A program made the position numbers and the translations under genes. This document shows, piece by piece, positions 16,899 through 20,000 of a stretch of 20,000 nt of DNA (within the stretch, counting starts at the first letter, position 1; every line of letters begins with the position of its first letter). Under the pieces are notes generated by a model. That model was not told where the DNA came from. It saw nothing but the letters and a program-made list of their open reading frames with translations, and did not search any database. Source of the DNA: Barthelona sp. PAP020. Taxonomy: Eukaryota. The stretch is taken from positions 52,158-72,157 of the forward strand of contig JARQWU010000024.1 in assembly GCA_040182905.1 (NCBI GenBank), given 5' to 3'.

Positions 16899-18797
16899 TT
16901 ACACTAAATTAATTGAATGATTCTTCAATAAATGATTATTAACGTTAGTTTCCAAACTTCTAATATCTTCTGAAGTCAATAGATTTGAAGAAGCATTTTG
17001 ATATTGAACATGGCATTCTAAAGCAGGACCAAATTTTGAAACCATTATTGAACGGTTGTTTCCAGAGATAATTTGGGTTAATGAGCGACGATAAAAGTCT
17101 CGATTTTGTGATGGGGATTTTTCAACATTTTCATTAATAGAAATTGATGGAGAATGGAAAGGTTCATCAAAATTAGAAAATTTACTCAAATCAGTAAGAA
17201 TATCCTTAGTAGATAATTTATTTCCTTTATTTATTGGTTCTCCTTTCTGTAAAAATGTAATACGATCGGCAGTATCCGTATTTCCATCCATTCTTTGCAT
17301 GAAATCAGTTTCATGTGGCAACAATAATTGTTTATCCAAACCTAATTCTTCTAAAACTTTTGCAACTGATTTTTCGTTGAATCTGGACAATTCATCAACT
17401 CCTGCATCGAGCGTTTCCATCGAAAATTGCCTAAACAATTCATTCAATAACATATGTTGATTTTTAACAGTAAACACATTTGAAATAATGGCTTGACTTG
17501 AATTATGAACCAAAAATTCAGTAATAAATGAAGGGGACTGTCTCAATTGATCAATCAACTCAACAGAATTATTATTCAATAATTTTTCAAACAAATCAAT
17601 GCCCAATTGCTTTTTTGTGATAATAACTGCTTCTTCCAACAATCGATCAAGGTTTTTCATTCCACTGCGGACAATTTGATCAAAATGAATTTTATCTTCA
17701 CTCTGTTCATCTACCAATAGCATAACAAAACTAATTTTGTCTTGTTTAATCACTTGGTAATCAACCCAAGTTCCATGAAAATCACAATTCTGTATCAATT
17801 CTTCAACAGTACGATCATCAGGTTTATTTGGTATGATATCATATTCTCTTTGAAAACTATCAAAAATAGAGGCATATTGTGGTGCTTGATTCTTAATATT
17901 AAGTTTTTTTTGCAAAAATTCTTCATTGACAAATACTTTGGTATTATTTACACTTTCATTCTGTGGCATTTTATACAATGAATCACACAATCCTAACAAT
18001 TCATTTCCCATGTTGAAATAAAGTACATAATTTTCGAAATACAATATGCCGCCCAAAAATTGGGGGAATTGTTTTTTAATGTTTAAAATAAAATTCTCAC
18101 TTTCAATCAACACAGGCAAACACCATTCCAAATAAGGAAAAAACAGAGGGTGAACAACAGACATCCCAATAACTAACTTTTCCAACAATATTCTAGTCAT
18201 TGAAAGTCTCATCAATTGTCTAATTTTTGGAAATTGTGGGGAATTCAAATATTTATACACAAATTCAGGAGTTTTTCTTGCATATCTGTACATTTGTTCC
18301 AAACCACCAGTTAAAAAATTAAAAGTATGGAAGAAACGATTGAAACATGTGACAGCATTATGTCTTGGAATCGTTGGTTGAAGAATTAATAAGGTAATCA
18401 CATCTTCACTAACGTCTTTTTTGCCGTTTCGATAATGTTCAAATTGAGTTACTGTGTAAATTACTTGAAAATTGCTAAAAATAGCTCTTGAAGGCATATC
18501 TTCTTCATTCGATAACGATTCTTTTGAATGTTCTTGTTCATCAATCATACTGAAAAATTTGTTATAAAAGAATAAAACCATCTTGATAAATACATCAATA
18601 ATTTGATGCTGTGGAGCAGTGGGGTATATTTCTTTAACATTTGGTTCATTATAAAGAGCTTTTGGTAATTTAGGGAATTCATATAATGGCAACATCAAAC
18701 TTGCATCCCCCTCAATTCTTGGAATTCTATAAATTCCAAAAAATAAATTAAAAGATTCAAAATCCCACTTTGGTAAGTTTTTTTGATTGTCACTCAT
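16899..18797 (-). CDS. CCZ1/HPS4/INTU-family tri-longin protein, most similar to HPS4 (BLOC-3 subunit)
   Basis: N-terminal FFGIY...EGD...LYEFP, then FNRFFHTFNFLTGGL, a second-longin-like QFLGGILYFENYVLY, and a C-terminus HLLKNHSINLV resembling the HPS4 end (KLLKHGVNLL). Recognised from memory; divergent. Confidence 0.6.
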   Translation of the reverse strand: MSDNQKNLPKWDFESFNLFFGIYRIPRIEGDASLMLPLYEFPKLPKALYNEPNVKEIYPTAPQHQIIDVFIKMVLFFYNKFFSMIDEQEHSKESLSNEEDMPSRAIFSNFQVIYTVTQFEHYRNGKKDVSEDVITLLILQPTIPRHNAVTCFNRFFHTFNFLTGGLEQMYRYARKTPEFVYKYLNSPQFPKIRQLMRLSMTRILLEKLVIGMSVVHPLFFPYLEWCLPVLIESENFILNIKKQFPQFLGGILYFENYVLYFNMGNELLGLCDSLYKMPQNESVNNTKVFVNEEFLQKKLNIKNQAPQYASIFDSFQREYDIIPNKPDDRTVEELIQNCDFHGTWVDYQVIKQDKISFVMLLVDEQSEDKIHFDQIVRSGMKNLDRLLEEAVIITKKQLGIDLFEKLLNNNSVELIDQLRQSPSFITEFLVHNSSQAIISNVFTVKNQHMLLNELFRQFSMETLDAGVDELSRFNEKSVAKVLEELGLDKQLLLPHETDFMQRMDGNTDTADRITFLQKGEPINKGNKLSTKDILTDLSKFSNFDEPFHSPSISINENVEKSPSQNRDFYRRSLTQIISGNNRSIMVSKFGPALECHVQYQNASSNLLTSEDIRSLETNVNNHLLKNHSINLV

Positions 18798-18862
18798 TCG
18801 AAAAAAGAAAAGAATCGAAAGTCAACTACAAAACATTTTTTCTTTTATCTTCCTTTTGTTCT
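18798..18862. promoter_or_regulatory. Putative bidirectional promoter (65 bp)
   Basis: Divergent ATGs at 18797 (-) and 18863 (+). The first half is purine-rich and the second half pyrimidine-rich, so each ATG is preceded by a pyrimidine tract on its own strand. Confidence 0.45.
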
Positions 18863-20000
18863 ATGGTTCATTTAAAACACGTAGAATTAAAATATTCAAC
18901 GGATTTTTATTCATATGTGAAACAAATTTCCAACAGTTATTCCAATCAAAATATTGCTATTTCTACTGATTATCAGGATAATAGCAATTTTCAAGTGTTA
19001 AATTTTACAATCAAAAGTCACAGAAAAGATTTAGAGATTGCCTATGAAATGCAGTCAAAAATATTTCAAATCTTGTCAAAATTATTCAGCAATAAGGATT
19101 TAAATACAGATGTTTTGTATTTGCCAAATTCACCCGATGGAGTTTATGCTTTTCAAAGTGAAGCTGATGAAAATAGAATAATTGTACTCAATGATCATTT
19201 CAATATGACTAATTTTATTTCTTTATTCTTTGATTATAAAAGATACATCAATCCTATTGATATTCCCCCTGCTTTTTCATTCAAATATAATAAGACAATT
19301 TTCAATCCATTGTTGTTTAGAAATTTGCTGAATAATTTTATGATTTCCTTCAAAGAGGAAGAATCAATGAAATTCTTTGCAATTCCTGGAATGATAACGT
19401 TTAAATCAAAAGATTCAGGCAATTTAAATAATTTCAATTTTAATGTAACCCAATTGAATATTATTAACAAGTTGGAAAGTGATTTCCAAGTTGGTATTAC
19501 GAGTGATAATGTTTTTACCTCAGAAATAGTTAAAACATGCAAGATTGCCGAAAATGTCAGATATTGTGATGATTTGTATGAATATCGTCCAGCAAACGTT
19601 GTAGTATCTGATAATGATTCTAGAAAATTATCTTTGGACAGTGAAAGGCATGATTGTATTGAATTGAAATATCAACGGAAAATTATCATGAAAATAACGA
19701 TACCTCTAAGTGCTTATAGGTTTATTACTGATTTACAAGTGTTTGGGTACGTTGAAGAAGCAGTTGCACCCGAAAATATTCCAAAAATTGCCGAAAACTT
19801 GAATCATATTGATACTAATATGAAGGCCGATTCTTTGGCTCATTTGACTAGAAATCCTTGTATTATTTATAACGCAAATGAACCCTTTAGATTAGTTGAT
19901 ATATATAGTTTGCAAAGAAATAATATGTTAATCAAGTGGGTGGACAATAAGGGTAAAAATGAAGAGTTAAAACACACTTTGGACGATCAATGTCTTTATT
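18863..20000 (+). CDS. Hypothetical protein, at least 379 aa, truncated by the window edge
   Basis: Manual translation from the ATG at 18863 (MVHLKHVELKYSTDFYSYVKQ...KHTLDDQCLY) shows no stop before base 20000, and there is an in-frame TAA upstream at 18749. Probably absent from the ORF track because it lacks a stop. Confidence 0.8.
   Translation, partial: MVHLKHVELKYSTDFYSYVKQISNSYSNQNIAISTDYQDNSNFQVLNFTIKSHRKDLEIAYEMQSKIFQILSKLFSNKDLNTDVLYLPNSPDGVYAFQSEADENRIIVLNDHFNMTNFISLFFDYKRYINPIDIPPAFSFKYNKTIFNPLLFRNLLNNFMISFKEEESMKFFAIPGMITFKSKDSGNLNNFNFNVTQLNIINKLESDFQVGITSDNVFTSEIVKTCKIAENVRYCDDLYEYRPANVVVSDNDSRKLSLDSERHDCIELKYQRKIIMKITIPLSAYRFITDLQVFGYVEEAVAPENIPKIAENLNHIDTNMKADSLAHLTRNPCIIYNANEPFRLVDIYSLQRNNMLIKWVDNKGKNEELKHTLDDQCLY

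Noticed and set aside
1..20000. CRISPR arrays, tRNA/rRNA genes, transposase, reverse transcriptase or viral genes
   Set aside because: None recognised: no regularly spaced repeats, cloverleafs or catalytic motifs of mobile elements.

Overview
AT-rich (roughly 25-30% GC by eye), gene-dense eukaryotic DNA, most likely from a compact protist genome. It uses the standard genetic code, the long ORFs are uninterrupted, and most intergenic gaps are 65-250 bp. Eight CDSs are supported: a coiled-coil protein, a WD40 protein with an unassigned C-terminal tail, a 2614-aa protein with Sfi1-like (centrin-binding) repeats and ER/K helices, an OTUD6/Otu2-type deubiquitinase, a 1000-aa membrane GT2 polysaccharide-synthase-like protein fused to H-type lectin domains, WDR82/Swd2, an HPS4/CCZ1-family longin protein, and a 3'-truncated ORF missing from the supplied track. 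The best candidates for new biology are the H-lectin-GT2 fusion with variant catalytic motifs and a ~300-bp GC-enriched, nested inverted-repeat element just downstream of it that looks like an unassigned structured RNA. All family calls come from motifs recognised by eye; no searches were run.
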